Positions 51,108 through 59,507 of a DNA stretch of 64,000 bases are shown one piece after another. A program made the position numbers and the translations under genes. This stretch comes from an uncultured Rickettsiales bacterium (GTDB lineage Bacteria; Myxococcota_A; UBA796; UBA9615). The first letter of the stretch is position 1. Every line of letters starts with the position of its first letter. The stretch spans positions 2,252 to 66,251 of the forward strand of contig CAZBDA010000011.1 of the NCBI GenBank assembly GCA_964490445.1, given 5' to 3'. Below the pieces are notes generated by a model. It was given only the letters and a program-made list of their open reading frames with translations. It had not been told where the DNA came from and did not search any database.

Positions 51108-52763
51108 TTATTTGTGCAGGTCCAGGACCGAAGACGAGGCGCCGGGTGCCGCTGCAAAGGGCTCGAGCGCCTGGCGGAAGGTCTCCATGGACTGGTAGCG
51201 CTCCTCCGGCTCCTTCGACAAGGCCCGGAGCAGGACCCCATCCAAGCCCTCGGGCAACTGCGCCTCGGGCTGTATGTCCGAGGGAACCGGTGGGCGGTCC
51301 TCGATGGTCTTGAACAAGAGCTCTTCCATGGTGCCCGCAGTGAACACCGGGCGGCCCGTAAGAAGATGGAAAGCAGTCGCCGCGAGGGAGTACTGGTCGG
51401 CTTTGTGACTGGCGGGATCGCCGACCAAGACCTCAGGCGCCACGTACAGCGGCGTGCCCATGATCGTGCCGAGTGCAGTGAGTCGCGCGTCGTCGGGCAG
51501 CAGGCTGGCGTCTGGAACCTTGCGGTCTGACTTCTTGCGGGAAGCCGCACCGTCCTCGCTTCTCTGAGCCTTGGTAGCAATGCCGAAATCGAGGACCTTG
51601 GTGACCTCGCGTCCGTCGGCCGTCATCGCCAGGAACAGGTTGGCGGGCTTCACGTCGCGGTGGATCAGCATCCGCGCGTGCGCTTCAGCGAGGGACTCGG
51701 CGCTACACACCAGCCAACGGCAAACGATGTCGAAGGGCTGAGGTCCATCGCGGTCCAGCTTGTCCTGTAGCGTCTCACCATCGAGGTGTTCCATCACGTA
51801 GAACATCTGCCCCTGTTGGGTGATACCGAAGTCAAACACCTGCACCGTATACGGCGAGCGAAGCAACGAAGTCTCGCGGGCCTCACGCTCGAACCGCCGG
51901 CGCAGCGCTCCCGACGCGTCCTTCTCAGGATTGACAACCTTGATCACGCAAGGCCGGCCCAGATCTCGGTGCCAGGCGAGATAGACGACACCCATCGCGC
52001 CCCGACCCAGTTCCTTTTTGATCTTGTAACGCCCCAATGAGCGCGCCGAGATGAGACGCTGGTGCATCGCGTGAATCATGTCGGAGCCCACCAGGCCGAC
52101 GCCAGCGATTCCCAGCAACGGCAGCATGTTGGCCACCAGGTAGCCCATGGCGTCGACATCCATCAGCCAGGCGATGATGCCGCCCGGGTGATCACCGAAG
52201 GCGAGCAGGCAGCCCGGATACGACAGTACGAGGAAGCCGACCATCGGTAGGTGGGTGCGAGCCTCGCCGGGAACCAGGATGGTCCGCGCCACGATCAGCA
52301 GAACGGTGCCGCCGACATAGGGACTGGAGGCCCCCCCGGTGACGGCCGTCATGTATCCCAGGGCAATGGCCGGCGGCGAGAAAATCAGCCAGTCCATCGC
52401 GACGACGGACAACTGGTCGGCTGAGCGAAGAAACACCCACAGCGCCACGAACCACAAAGTCATAGCGAAGCGCAGCACCAGGAAGGACTCCAGCATCGGC
52501 TTCGGCTCGGGCCACCAAGAGCCCGACGAAAGCACATCGACGACACCAAATAGCGGTGAGAGCAGGGCTCCGAACATCGCCGCAGTCAGCAACCTGGTAC
52601 GAAACAGGGCCAGCGTCTCGCGCTGGAAGCGGGCCTCCAGGTTCTCTTGGATGGTAGCCCCACCCCTGCCGCGGCTGGCGCCACCCGACTTCTGGACACG
52701 ATCCTTAGCTGGCTTTGCCACTGTCGCTAATCCCCGCCTGCTCCCCGGAGGGACGGCTGCCAT
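51108..52763 (-). CDS. Membrane-anchored eukaryotic-type Ser/Thr kinase with multi-TM N-terminal domain
   Basis: [38 protein letters not shown]; about six hydrophobic helices before the kinase domain. Confidence 0.93.
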   Translation of the reverse strand: MAAVPPGSRRGLATVAKPAKDRVQKSGGASRGRGGATIQENLEARFQRETLALFRTRLLTAAMFGALLSPLFGVVDVLSSGSWWPEPKPMLESFLVLRFAMTLWFVALWVFLRSADQLSVVAMDWLIFSPPAIALGYMTAVTGGASSPYVGGTVLLIVARTILVPGEARTHLPMVGFLVLSYPGCLLAFGDHPGGIIAWLMDVDAMGYLVANMLPLLGIAGVGLVGSDMIHAMHQRLISARSLGRYKIKKELGRGAMGVVYLAWHRDLGRPCVIKVVNPEKDASGALRRRFEREARETSLLRSPYTVQVFDFGITQQGQMFYVMEHLDGETLQDKLDRDGPQPFDIVCRWLVCSAESLAEAHARMLIHRDVKPANLFLAMTADGREVTKVLDFGIATKAQRSEDGAASRKKSDRKVPDASLLPDDARLTALGTIMGTPLYVAPEVLVGDPASHKADQYSLAATAFHLLTGRPVFTAGTMEELLFKTIEDRPPVPSDIQPEAQLPEGLDGVLLRALSKEPEERYQSMETFRQALEPFAAAPGASSSVLDLHK

Positions 52764-52868
52764 TGCCTGCCACCTAGCGGGTGCGAGTGGGTCACTGCCC
52801 TCGAATCAACCGCTCGGTGGAGTCTACGTTCGGCAGCTTGCACCGGTCAACGCGTAGGAGCCGGCCGA

Positions 52869-53630
52869 TCAAAGACAAGAACGCGATGACAGGCAGCCAC
52901 CGCTCCTGGCAGGGCTGGCCTCCTCCTCGTCCAGAAACAATCCCACGGCCACGGGAACGGCGACGCCACCAGGTTCGTCCACCGCGGTCCCGGAGCGCCG
53001 CAGATAGAGCTGGGTCGAAGCTCCGCCGTCCAGGTTCAGAGCACTGGTGCAGCCTTCAGCGACGAAGAACGTGGCCAGGTCGTCGGCCCAAATGGCATTG
53101 CCCGCCACCAGCACCTTGACCCGACCATCGGCCAATACGCACAAAGCCGTGCGGCGAGCGATCTGCCGCTTCAGGCTGAGAGCCGCCCCATCGACCACCA
53201 GCCGCGGCCCGACCTGGAAGGCCTGGCGAACCTCGGGACGCGATTTCCAGTCCGAGGTATGGACAATGGACGGCCCCTTCGCATCCAGCGCGAACACGCC
53301 CCAGTCCACCGACCGCAGCGGCACCTGCTCGATCCCATCGACGATGAGCAGGCCCATGGGCGAGCCATCCAGGTCGAAGAACGGACCGTTGAAGACCGCA
53401 ACGGCACCGCTACGCTCGGCAAACTGGCGAGCGGTCAGAACGCTCTTGCCGAGGTCCTTCGCCTGCAGGAGCTTCAACTCGACACGCCTGAGATCCACGC
53501 TGAGCAGGTGCACTCCAACGCCTGCAGGCGTCTCGACGAAGCCGTAAGAAAGGGCTTCGGCAGGATCGCTGACGGCACCTCCAGGAGCGATGCACAGGCA
53601 CCAGGCCAGAGCCACCAGTAGGACGAACAC
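52869..53630 (-). CDS. Phosphodiester glycosidase (NAGPA) family protein
   Basis: FNGPFF, QVGPRLV..G, RRTAL, ALNLDGGASTQL; signal peptide. Start uncertain. Confidence 0.82.
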   Translation of the reverse strand: MFVLLVALAWCLCIAPGGAVSDPAEALSYGFVETPAGVGVHLLSVDLRRVELKLLQAKDLGKSVLTARQFAERSGAVAVFNGPFFDLDGSPMGLLIVDGIEQVPLRSVDWGVFALDAKGPSIVHTSDWKSRPEVRQAFQVGPRLVVDGAALSLKRQIARRTALCVLADGRVKVLVAGNAIWADDLATFFVAEGCTSALNLDGGASTQLYLRRSGTAVDEPGGVAVPVAVGLFLDEEEASPARSGGCLSSRSCL

Positions 53631-53665
53631 CGAGGACCTCGCGCGCGGCGCAGGCTCACACCTTC

Positions 53666-54649
53666 TCAACGGGAATCCCCCAAGGGCAGGCTGTCGGTAC
53701 GCAGCAACTCGATCTCTTCGCGAGCAGCGGCCACAGCACGCTCGAGTTCCTGCAACTGGTCCAGGCTGGATCGAAGCCGGCTCCAACCTGCCGGATCGCG
53801 ATCCCGGTTGATCTCGCCACAAGCGTGTTTCACAAGCTCGAGGCTTCTCGACCAGGCCAGCGCATCCTCCCGCAGGCGGGTGCTGGACAGCTGCTCGTCG
53901 CCACTGCCCTCGTCTAGCGAAGCAAGTTCCACCGACAACATCTGCAGAGCAGCACCGGTCTTGTCGATGCGCCGACGATAGTCCTCCAGCAGACGGCCAA
54001 GATCAAGTCCATGGCGACGGCCTGACGGTAGGAACAAGATCGGCGGCGGGCCATTGGTTCCGGTCGCGCGACTCACAGCCAGTTCCAGCGGTGCGTCGTG
54101 GAGCGACCATTCCAGCAGCGTCTCGTGGAATCGGATGCGGCGATCGCTCTCCCACTGCGGGGGAACCAGCACAGCGGGGGGCCCTCCCTGAGCTACGACA
54201 CTTCGGCACAGAGCCTCGGAGCGCTGCTGAGACTCAGCATCGCCAGGATCATCGGCGTAGCTATCGAGGAGCCAGAAGCGGCTGCGAGAGTCACCGAGGA
54301 GACCGCTCAGACCTCCAACGACGTGCGGTGATGGCGCACGAACATCCTGCTGGTCAGCAGGCACTTTCCCTGGACGCAGAAACACGACGTCATAGCGCTG
54401 TTCGGCCATGCCGCCGTCGGTGCTCCAGTCGTCAAGGGACCGCTCCACGACAACCAGTCCGGTTGCGACACCCAGGGACTCGGCGGTTCGTTCCAGGCGA
54501 TCGGCCAACCGCCGGCGACCTTCGGACTCGACCCCAAGACCAGACACCACGAGAACTCTGACCGGAAGGTCGGGAAGGGAGTCCAGAACGACACAGCGTG
54601 CCGGGAATTCCACCACCCTGGGAGGTACCTGCTCGTTGCCCTGCATCAT
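53666..54649 (-). CDS. Hypothetical protein, degenerate CHAT-like N-terminus and coiled-coil C-terminus
   Basis: PVRVLVV, YDVVFL, GPPAVLV..QW, F.E.LL...PLELAVSRA resemble the CHAT scaffold; GGAGG SD. Confidence 0.45.
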   Translation of the reverse strand: MMQGNEQVPPRVVEFPARCVVLDSLPDLPVRVLVVSGLGVESEGRRRLADRLERTAESLGVATGLVVVERSLDDWSTDGGMAEQRYDVVFLRPGKVPADQQDVRAPSPHVVGGLSGLLGDSRSRFWLLDSYADDPGDAESQQRSEALCRSVVAQGGPPAVLVPPQWESDRRIRFHETLLEWSLHDAPLELAVSRATGTNGPPPILFLPSGRRHGLDLGRLLEDYRRRIDKTGAALQMLSVELASLDEGSGDEQLSSTRLREDALAWSRSLELVKHACGEINRDRDPAGWSRLRSSLDQLQELERAVAAAREEIELLRTDSLPLGDSR

Positions 54650-54770
54650 TCCTCCCTTCCCTGGTGGGCGATTATATTATGAATTGGTTGCTCTTCACCG
54701 CCCCTCACGCCGTTGTCGGTGCCACGGGGCCCACAGACCGGCAGGACACGGTAGCCAGGGAGGCAAATCG

Positions 54771-55664
54771 ATGCTGCAGCATGCCCCCGGACTCTTGGTA
54801 GGCGCCACTCTCGCGACCAGGAACTACCCCCCCGGCGAAGTCGAGAGGTTGGCGCTGCTGTGCCTGGCTGCCGGCTTTATCACCCTCGCCATCATCGTGG
54901 TCGCACGAGCTATCGCCCACTGGGGCCAGGCCAGTCCGGTTCCTGAGTCGAGCCCCTCGTGGATAGGTCCCGACCCCAGCGACACAGCAGCCTGCATCCG
55001 CGACCTCATCGACCAGCTACGCGGCGACCATGGCCTCGAGGCCCTGGCCACCGATCCGATCTTCGACGAGTTGGCGAGGTACCACGCACACGACATGGTG
55101 GTGCGGGGGTTCTGCGGCCCGACCGATCCCGACGGAATAGGCCTCGATGCCCGCCTCGTCCGGCTGCACCCGACCGTCATCGCCTCTCTGAGCGAGTGGG
55201 ATCGGGAAGTAAGTGGGCTGGCTGCCGCCGACCCGAAAGAGCTGGCCGACTTACTGCTCTCTGGCCCCTCGAGCCAGGGAGCAGCGATCAATGATCGGGC
55301 ATTGGCGGAGGAGGCGAACTTTTTGGGCATCGGAGTGGGCGTCGCGAAGGGCAGGGCAACCGTATGCATCCTCGTCGCCCACCACTGGGCTTCGTTGCTC
55401 CCCGATCGACCACACACCGAGCGGCAGGGCACCTGGCCGGTAGTGGCAAAGCTCGTCGAGGGGACCTCCGTCAACCAGTTGGAGGCATCTCTCCTGGACA
55501 AGGTAGGACGGGAGATTGGGCGGGCGGCCGCGGAACGCGTAGACACCGATGAGTGGGAACAGGGCCGCGTCTGCGTCTACCTGCCGACACCGACGTATCC
55601 CGAAGGTGGCCAGGTGCAATGGCGGCGGCTGCGCGCAACCGCCGTAGCCCTACCCCTGCCCTGA
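54771..55664 (+). CDS. Membrane-anchored CAP/SCP domain protein
   Basis: TM helix; LIDQLR..HGL..L..D..L...A..HA.DM..RGF; LGIGV. GGGAGG SD. Confidence 0.75.
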   Translation: MLQHAPGLLVGATLATRNYPPGEVERLALLCLAAGFITLAIIVVARAIAHWGQASPVPESSPSWIGPDPSDTAACIRDLIDQLRGDHGLEALATDPIFDELARYHAHDMVVRGFCGPTDPDGIGLDARLVRLHPTVIASLSEWDREVSGLAAADPKELADLLLSGPSSQGAAINDRALAEEANFLGIGVGVAKGRATVCILVAHHWASLLPDRPHTERQGTWPVVAKLVEGTSVNQLEASLLDKVGREIGRAAAERVDTDEWEQGRVCVYLPTPTYPEGGQVQWRRLRATAVALPLP

Positions 55665-55696
55665 CCGCGTCGTTCGACGCAGTGGCCTGGCAGTTG

Positions 55697-55978
55697 CTAG
55701 CGGCGGATCTTGCCGCCTGACGAGGTCGCCGGCGGACGGGCGAGGTCGATGATCAGGTTGCGTTCGCCGAGCACGACACCCGCCAGGGCGTCACGAACCT
55801 GTACAGCCGTCGCCTTATCGACGATCTCCACGAAACCAAAGCCCTTCGACAGGCCGGTTGACCGGTCCATGATCACACGGACGTCGACCGGTTCGACACC
55901 GGTAGCAGTGAAGACGGAACGCAGGTCCTCGTCGGAACAGGAGTAGGGAAGGTTCCCCACAAACAGCTTGGCGGTCAT
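55697..55978 (-). CDS. RRM-domain RNA-binding protein
   Basis: RNP2 LFVGNLPY, RNP1 KGFGFVEI. Confidence 0.93.
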   Translation of the reverse strand: MTAKLFVGNLPYSCSDEDLRSVFTATGVEPVDVRVIMDRSTGLSKGFGFVEIVDKATAVQVRDALAGVVLGERNLIIDLARPPATSSGGKIRR

Positions 55979-56032
55979 AACGGTGCTTTCGAAAGGCTGG
56001 GCAGCAGAGACTGGTGCCGACAGCCGGGTACC

Positions 56033-56251
56033 TTAGCGCTGACGGTAGGTGATGCGACCCCGGGTAAGGTCGTAGGGCGAAACCTCGACAATCACACGGT
56101 CGCCGCGCAGCACGCGGATGCGGAAACGACGCATCTTGCCACCAAGGTGCGCCAAGATTTCATGTTCCTTGTCAGTCACCACCTTGAAGGTTCCCCCGGG
56201 GAACACCTCCACGACAGTGCCTTCCATCTCGATGCCGGACTCAGAAGCCAT
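56033..56251 (-). CDS. infA: Translation initiation factor IF-1
   Basis: [21 protein letters not shown]...[25 protein letters not shown]. Confidence 0.97.
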   Translation of the reverse strand: MASESGIEMEGTVVEVFPGGTFKVVTDKEHEILAHLGGKMRRFRIRVLRGDRVIVEVSPYDLTRGRITYRQR

Positions 56252-56291
56252 TCGACAGTCTTGATCTTCCTGACCGTTTCGGTCGCCTACC

Positions 56292-56326
56292 AAAAAAGAG
56301 CCCCCGGCCGAATGACCGGGGGTCAT
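56292..56326 (-). terminator. Terminator-like hairpin with U-tract inside the infA 5' leader
   Basis: CCCCCGG-8 nt-CCGGGGG then CTCTTTTTT on the minus strand; overlaps an alternative hairpin ATGACC-CCC-GGTCAT. Confidence 0.7.
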
Positions 56327-56341
56327 GTTGTGTCGCGCGAG

Positions 56342-56370
56342 ATGTTAGTGATGGGCTGCGATGGCGTCAA
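56342..56370 (-). promoter_or_regulatory. Putative sigma70 promoter of infA-RRM
   Basis: Minus strand TTGACG-N17-TAACAT. Confidence 0.7.
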
Positions 56371-56506
56371 GATCTGTCACCCTCGACAGGTACAAGAGTA
56401 GGGTCCTCGACACCCGTGCCTACGCTACTGCCCGCCCAAATGCACTCCGCCACGAAGGCAATCCGATTTTCCTGCTGGCAGAGCTGTCGTTCGAGAGCGC
56501 CTCAGG

Positions 56507-57556
56507 CTAGTCGACCAACTCGTTGTCGAGTTCCTCGGTTTCGGCAGACCTCGATACGGGAGCCACCTGCGCGGCGGTAATGCTCGCCTCGGAACGCATC
56601 TCCTCGGTGATCTTGATCCGGGGGTCGGTGGCCGCGGCGGCCGGATCATCTGCCACTATCGTCCGGTTTCGCCCCTCGATCTTGGCCCTGTACATCGCCT
56701 GGTCTGCACGTTCGATCCAGTCGCTTGCGGATTCTCCGCCTTTGCGCAAAGCAAGGCCGACAGAGATCGTGACACGCAGATCGGCAGGACCTTCCTTGAA
56801 CTGGATGCCTTGGACCCGCTCGCGGATCCGCTCGGCGACCTCGACACCCCACTCCAGGGCGAGGGAGGGCATGAGGAGGAGGATCTCCTCGCCGCCGTAC
56901 CGAATTGCGTAGTCGGTGCGGCGGAGATTGTCGTGGACCACCCCCGATACCCGCTGCAGGACGTAGTCCCCGACCGGATGTCCATGCTCGTCATTGACGC
57001 GCTTGAAGTGGTCGAGGTCGAGAAGCAGGCAGCAGGCCTGCTGCTGCCGGCGGTCCAACTCCTCGATTAGAGCGTCCAGGCGCTGCTCGAGGAAGGCCCG
57101 GGTCAACAGCCCGGTGAGATGGTCACGGGCTCCAGCCTGCAACTTGTTGGATACGTCACGGTGGTAACGGACCTCGGCACTACTCATCCACTCGAAGCGG
57201 AGCAGGACATCACCAGCCCGGATCTTGTCACCGCTGACCAGCCACATCTCGGAGGTCATCGCGCCGTTGACCATCATGCCGTTGGTGCTGTCGTTGTCGC
57301 GCGCCTGAATCGCTGGACGCCCGGCCTTGCGCACCACTTCAAAGGTGACGTGGTGGCGCGACACGGACGGTGCAGGAATCTGCACGTCTGCTTCCTCGCC
57401 TCGTCCGAGAGAATGGGCGCCGGGACCTTCGTCCAAAGCAAAGAAGGCGCCCACCTCCGGCCCTTCCAGGACCGTCAGTGTGGGCGCCAGCTTTTCGTCA
57501 GGCGAACGTCTTCCCAGTTCCGAGACGACAATCGTGCGCGGGTCGTCGCTGCCCAT
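56507..57556 (-). CDS. FHA-GGDEF diguanylate cyclase
   Basis: FHA: LGR, SVSRHH, STNG; DHLTGL, DLDHFKRVND, I-site RRTD, RYGGEE, ADQAMYRAK..GRNR. Confidence 0.93.
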   Translation of the reverse strand: MGSDDPRTIVVSELGRRSPDEKLAPTLTVLEGPEVGAFFALDEGPGAHSLGRGEEADVQIPAPSVSRHHVTFEVVRKAGRPAIQARDNDSTNGMMVNGAMTSEMWLVSGDKIRAGDVLLRFEWMSSAEVRYHRDVSNKLQAGARDHLTGLLTRAFLEQRLDALIEELDRRQQQACCLLLDLDHFKRVNDEHGHPVGDYVLQRVSGVVHDNLRRTDYAIRYGGEEILLLMPSLALEWGVEVAERIRERVQGIQFKEGPADLRVTISVGLALRKGGESASDWIERADQAMYRAKIEGRNRTIVADDPAAAATDPRIKITEEMRSEASITAAQVAPVSRSAETEELDNELVD

Positions 57557-57598
57557 GTAGCTCCCCCCCCGGGAAGGCCGGGGATGCCGACCAACAGC

Positions 57599-58693
57599 CT
57601 ACAGCAATTGTTTTCTCTTCAACTCGGAGTCGATCAACTCCTTGAAGGAATCAAAGGGGCGAGCGCCATTCAGGAACTGGCCATTGATGAAGAACGCCGG
57701 GGTCCCTGCAACACCAACCGCCGCGCCGGCCTTCTTGTCGGCCTCGACCTCGGCGGTGTACTTGCCGCTATCCAAGCAACTGCTGAATGCGGTGACATCC
57801 AGTCCCAGCTCACCGGCATAGGCCTTGAGCTTGTCGTCGGTAAGCGCGCGCTGGTTTTCAAACAGCTTGTCGTGGTACTCCCAGAACTTGCCCTGATCAT
57901 TGGCACACTGACCGGCCTCACCCGCCTTGGGAGCTTCCTTGTGCATCGGCAGCGGGAAGTCGCGGAAGACGATGGCGACCTTGTCGCCGTAGGTGCTCTT
58001 GATCTGCTCCATCGTCGGGTTCACACGGCTGCAGTAGGGGCACTGGAAGTCGGAGAACTCGACGATGATGACGGGCGCGTCCGGCGAGCCGTAAATGGGG
58101 TCATCCTTGTCGAAGGTGACGTTGAACTTCATCGGCTGCAGGAAGATCTCCACGCCAGCACTGGCCCGCAGGCTGGCCATGAAGGCCGAACGGGCCTCGC
58201 CCTCCTTCTGCCGCTTCATGTAGGCCTTGACCCGTGGCTTGATCTGCTCGAAGTCGACCTGGCCACGCGGCGGATTCTTGTCGAAGTACGCCTTCGCCTC
58301 TTCGTCGGTGACCTCAACCACCTTGTCGGTGATCTCGGCTTTGATGAGAGCGGCGGAAGTGATGCCACGCTTCTCAGCCTCGGTTGCAACCAACTGGTCG
58401 TCGATCAACTTGTCCAGGTTCTGCTTACGCAGATCGTAGGCTTGGCTCTTCAGGCGGAACAACTGGGCAGCAGCGGCTTCGTCTACCTCGGCAAAGGAGA
58501 TCTCCTTGCCGTTCACCACCGCAGCCACGCCCGACTCACCGGTGACTACCCCTGCCGGACCGCTGCCCGTCGACGGGGATGTGACGCCCGCGTCTGCCGT
58601 CGCGACGGCGCCTGAATCGGAGACCGGCGTGCAAGCCGCCACCACAAGGGCGAGAGCAAGAGCCAGAAATGAGAAACTCAAGATACGAACCAT
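57599..58693 (-). CDS. DsbA-family thiol-disulfide oxidoreductase with SurA-like N-terminal domain
   Basis: Lipobox VAAC; FSDFQCPYC, GTPAFFING. Confidence 0.9.
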   Translation of the reverse strand: MVRILSFSFLALALALVVAACTPVSDSGAVATADAGVTSPSTGSGPAGVVTGESGVAAVVNGKEISFAEVDEAAAAQLFRLKSQAYDLRKQNLDKLIDDQLVATEAEKRGITSAALIKAEITDKVVEVTDEEAKAYFDKNPPRGQVDFEQIKPRVKAYMKRQKEGEARSAFMASLRASAGVEIFLQPMKFNVTFDKDDPIYGSPDAPVIIVEFSDFQCPYCSRVNPTMEQIKSTYGDKVAIVFRDFPLPMHKEAPKAGEAGQCANDQGKFWEYHDKLFENQRALTDDKLKAYAGELGLDVTAFSSCLDSGKYTAEVEADKKAGAAVGVAGTPAFFINGQFLNGARPFDSFKELIDSELKRKQLL

Positions 58694-58763
58694 GATCAAA
58701 TTACCTCTGTTGTGAAGTTCCTGGGCCGGCAGAATGTCGCCAGCCTCGCGTAACGGGCGCGGC

Positions 58764-58773
58764 ATGTTAACAT
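58764..58773. promoter_or_regulatory. Perfect 10-bp palindrome in a divergent intergenic region (possible operator)
   Basis: ATGTTAACAT, AT-rich within GC-rich DNA. Confidence 0.4.
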
Positions 58774-58818
58774 TGAAGTCCGCACGGGTCATCCCTCTTC
58801 CGTGCTCCAGGAGATTCG

Positions 58819-59223
58819 ATGCTTCCAAACCAGTTGAAAGACCACGGCAGAGCAATCATCGAGACTGCGAAGGACCACCTCGTGGCGGCCCTGCAGGCAG
58901 CGCCCGAAGACGGCTGGACCGCGGTAGAACTTGCCGTCGCGGCAGGCCTTCTGGTCGATGAGGCGAACTTCCCAGCCGTACTGGCCCACCACCTCGCCCC
59001 TGTCTTGACTGCCGAAGGGCGCGCGACAGTCGTCGAGAAAGGCGGACTGATTCGCTACACGGCGGTCGAGCAAACGATTGCCGACGAAGCCTCGCCCATG
59101 GCTGCAGCGACGTCCGCTCCGCAGGTCTGGAGCGATACGCCAGCAGAGGAGGCCTTCGTAGACGGCGAACTGGCCGAAGCAACGGCGGCGAGTGATCCCG
59201 AACAGCCTCCGGGAGACCACTAG
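58819..59223 (+). CDS. Hypothetical protein, possible winged-helix domain
   Basis: AGGAG SD; WTAVELAVAAGL helix-turn-helix-like segment; L..EGR..VVEKGGLIRY wing-like hairpin; acidic tail. Confidence 0.5.
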   Translation: MLPNQLKDHGRAIIETAKDHLVAALQAAPEDGWTAVELAVAAGLLVDEANFPAVLAHHLAPVLTAEGRATVVEKGGLIRYTAVEQTIADEASPMAAATSAPQVWSDTPAEEAFVDGELAEATAASDPEQPPGDH

Positions 59224-59255
59224 GCCTCCTCGACCTGCTGACATCGAGAGCTGTG

Positions 59256-59284
59256 TTGACCGGCAGGAAGCCTTTGATTACAGT
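59256..59284 (+). promoter_or_regulatory. Putative tRNA promoter with GC-rich discriminator
   Basis: TTGACC-N17-TACAGT followed by GCCGCGGCCC. Confidence 0.7.
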
Positions 59285-59348
59285 GCCGCGGCCCATCGAT
59301 GGGAACATCGGTGGCCTACCGGTTTTGCACCGGTAAACCGAGTGTCGG

Positions 59349-59425
59349 GCGGCTGTGGCTCAGCTGGATAGAGCACCAGACTACGAATCTGGGGGTCGCA
59401 GGTTCGAATCCTGCCAGCCGCGCCA
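59349..59425 (+). tRNA. tRNA-Arg (ACG)
   Basis: Acceptor GCGGCTG/CAGCCGC, D arm GCTC/GAGC, anticodon arm CCAGA-CTACGAA-TCTGG, T arm GCAGG-TTCGAAT-CCTGC, encoded CCA; 77 nt. Confidence 0.98.
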
Positions 59426-59438
59426 CTCTCCGGTTGCG

Positions 59439-59467
59439 ACATCCCGCACACATCCCACACACATCCC
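59439..59467 (+). repeat. Three direct repeats of ACATCCC at 11-bp period
   Basis: ACATCCC-gcac-ACATCCC-acac-ACATCCC. Confidence 0.9.
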
Positions 59468-59507
59468 GAGAAGCGACTCGGGCGGCAGCGTTCTATAGTC
59501 GATCCTC

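Noticed and set aside
54670-54690. AT-rich GATATTATTATGAATT as a dedicated operator or sigma54 site
   Set aside because: No GG-N10-GC spacing and no clean palindrome; better explained as overlapping -10 elements of divergent promoters.
59426-59507. RiPP precursor peptide for the radical SAM cluster
   Set aside because: No ORF with an SD in this 82-nt gap; a precursor could still lie downstream of the window.
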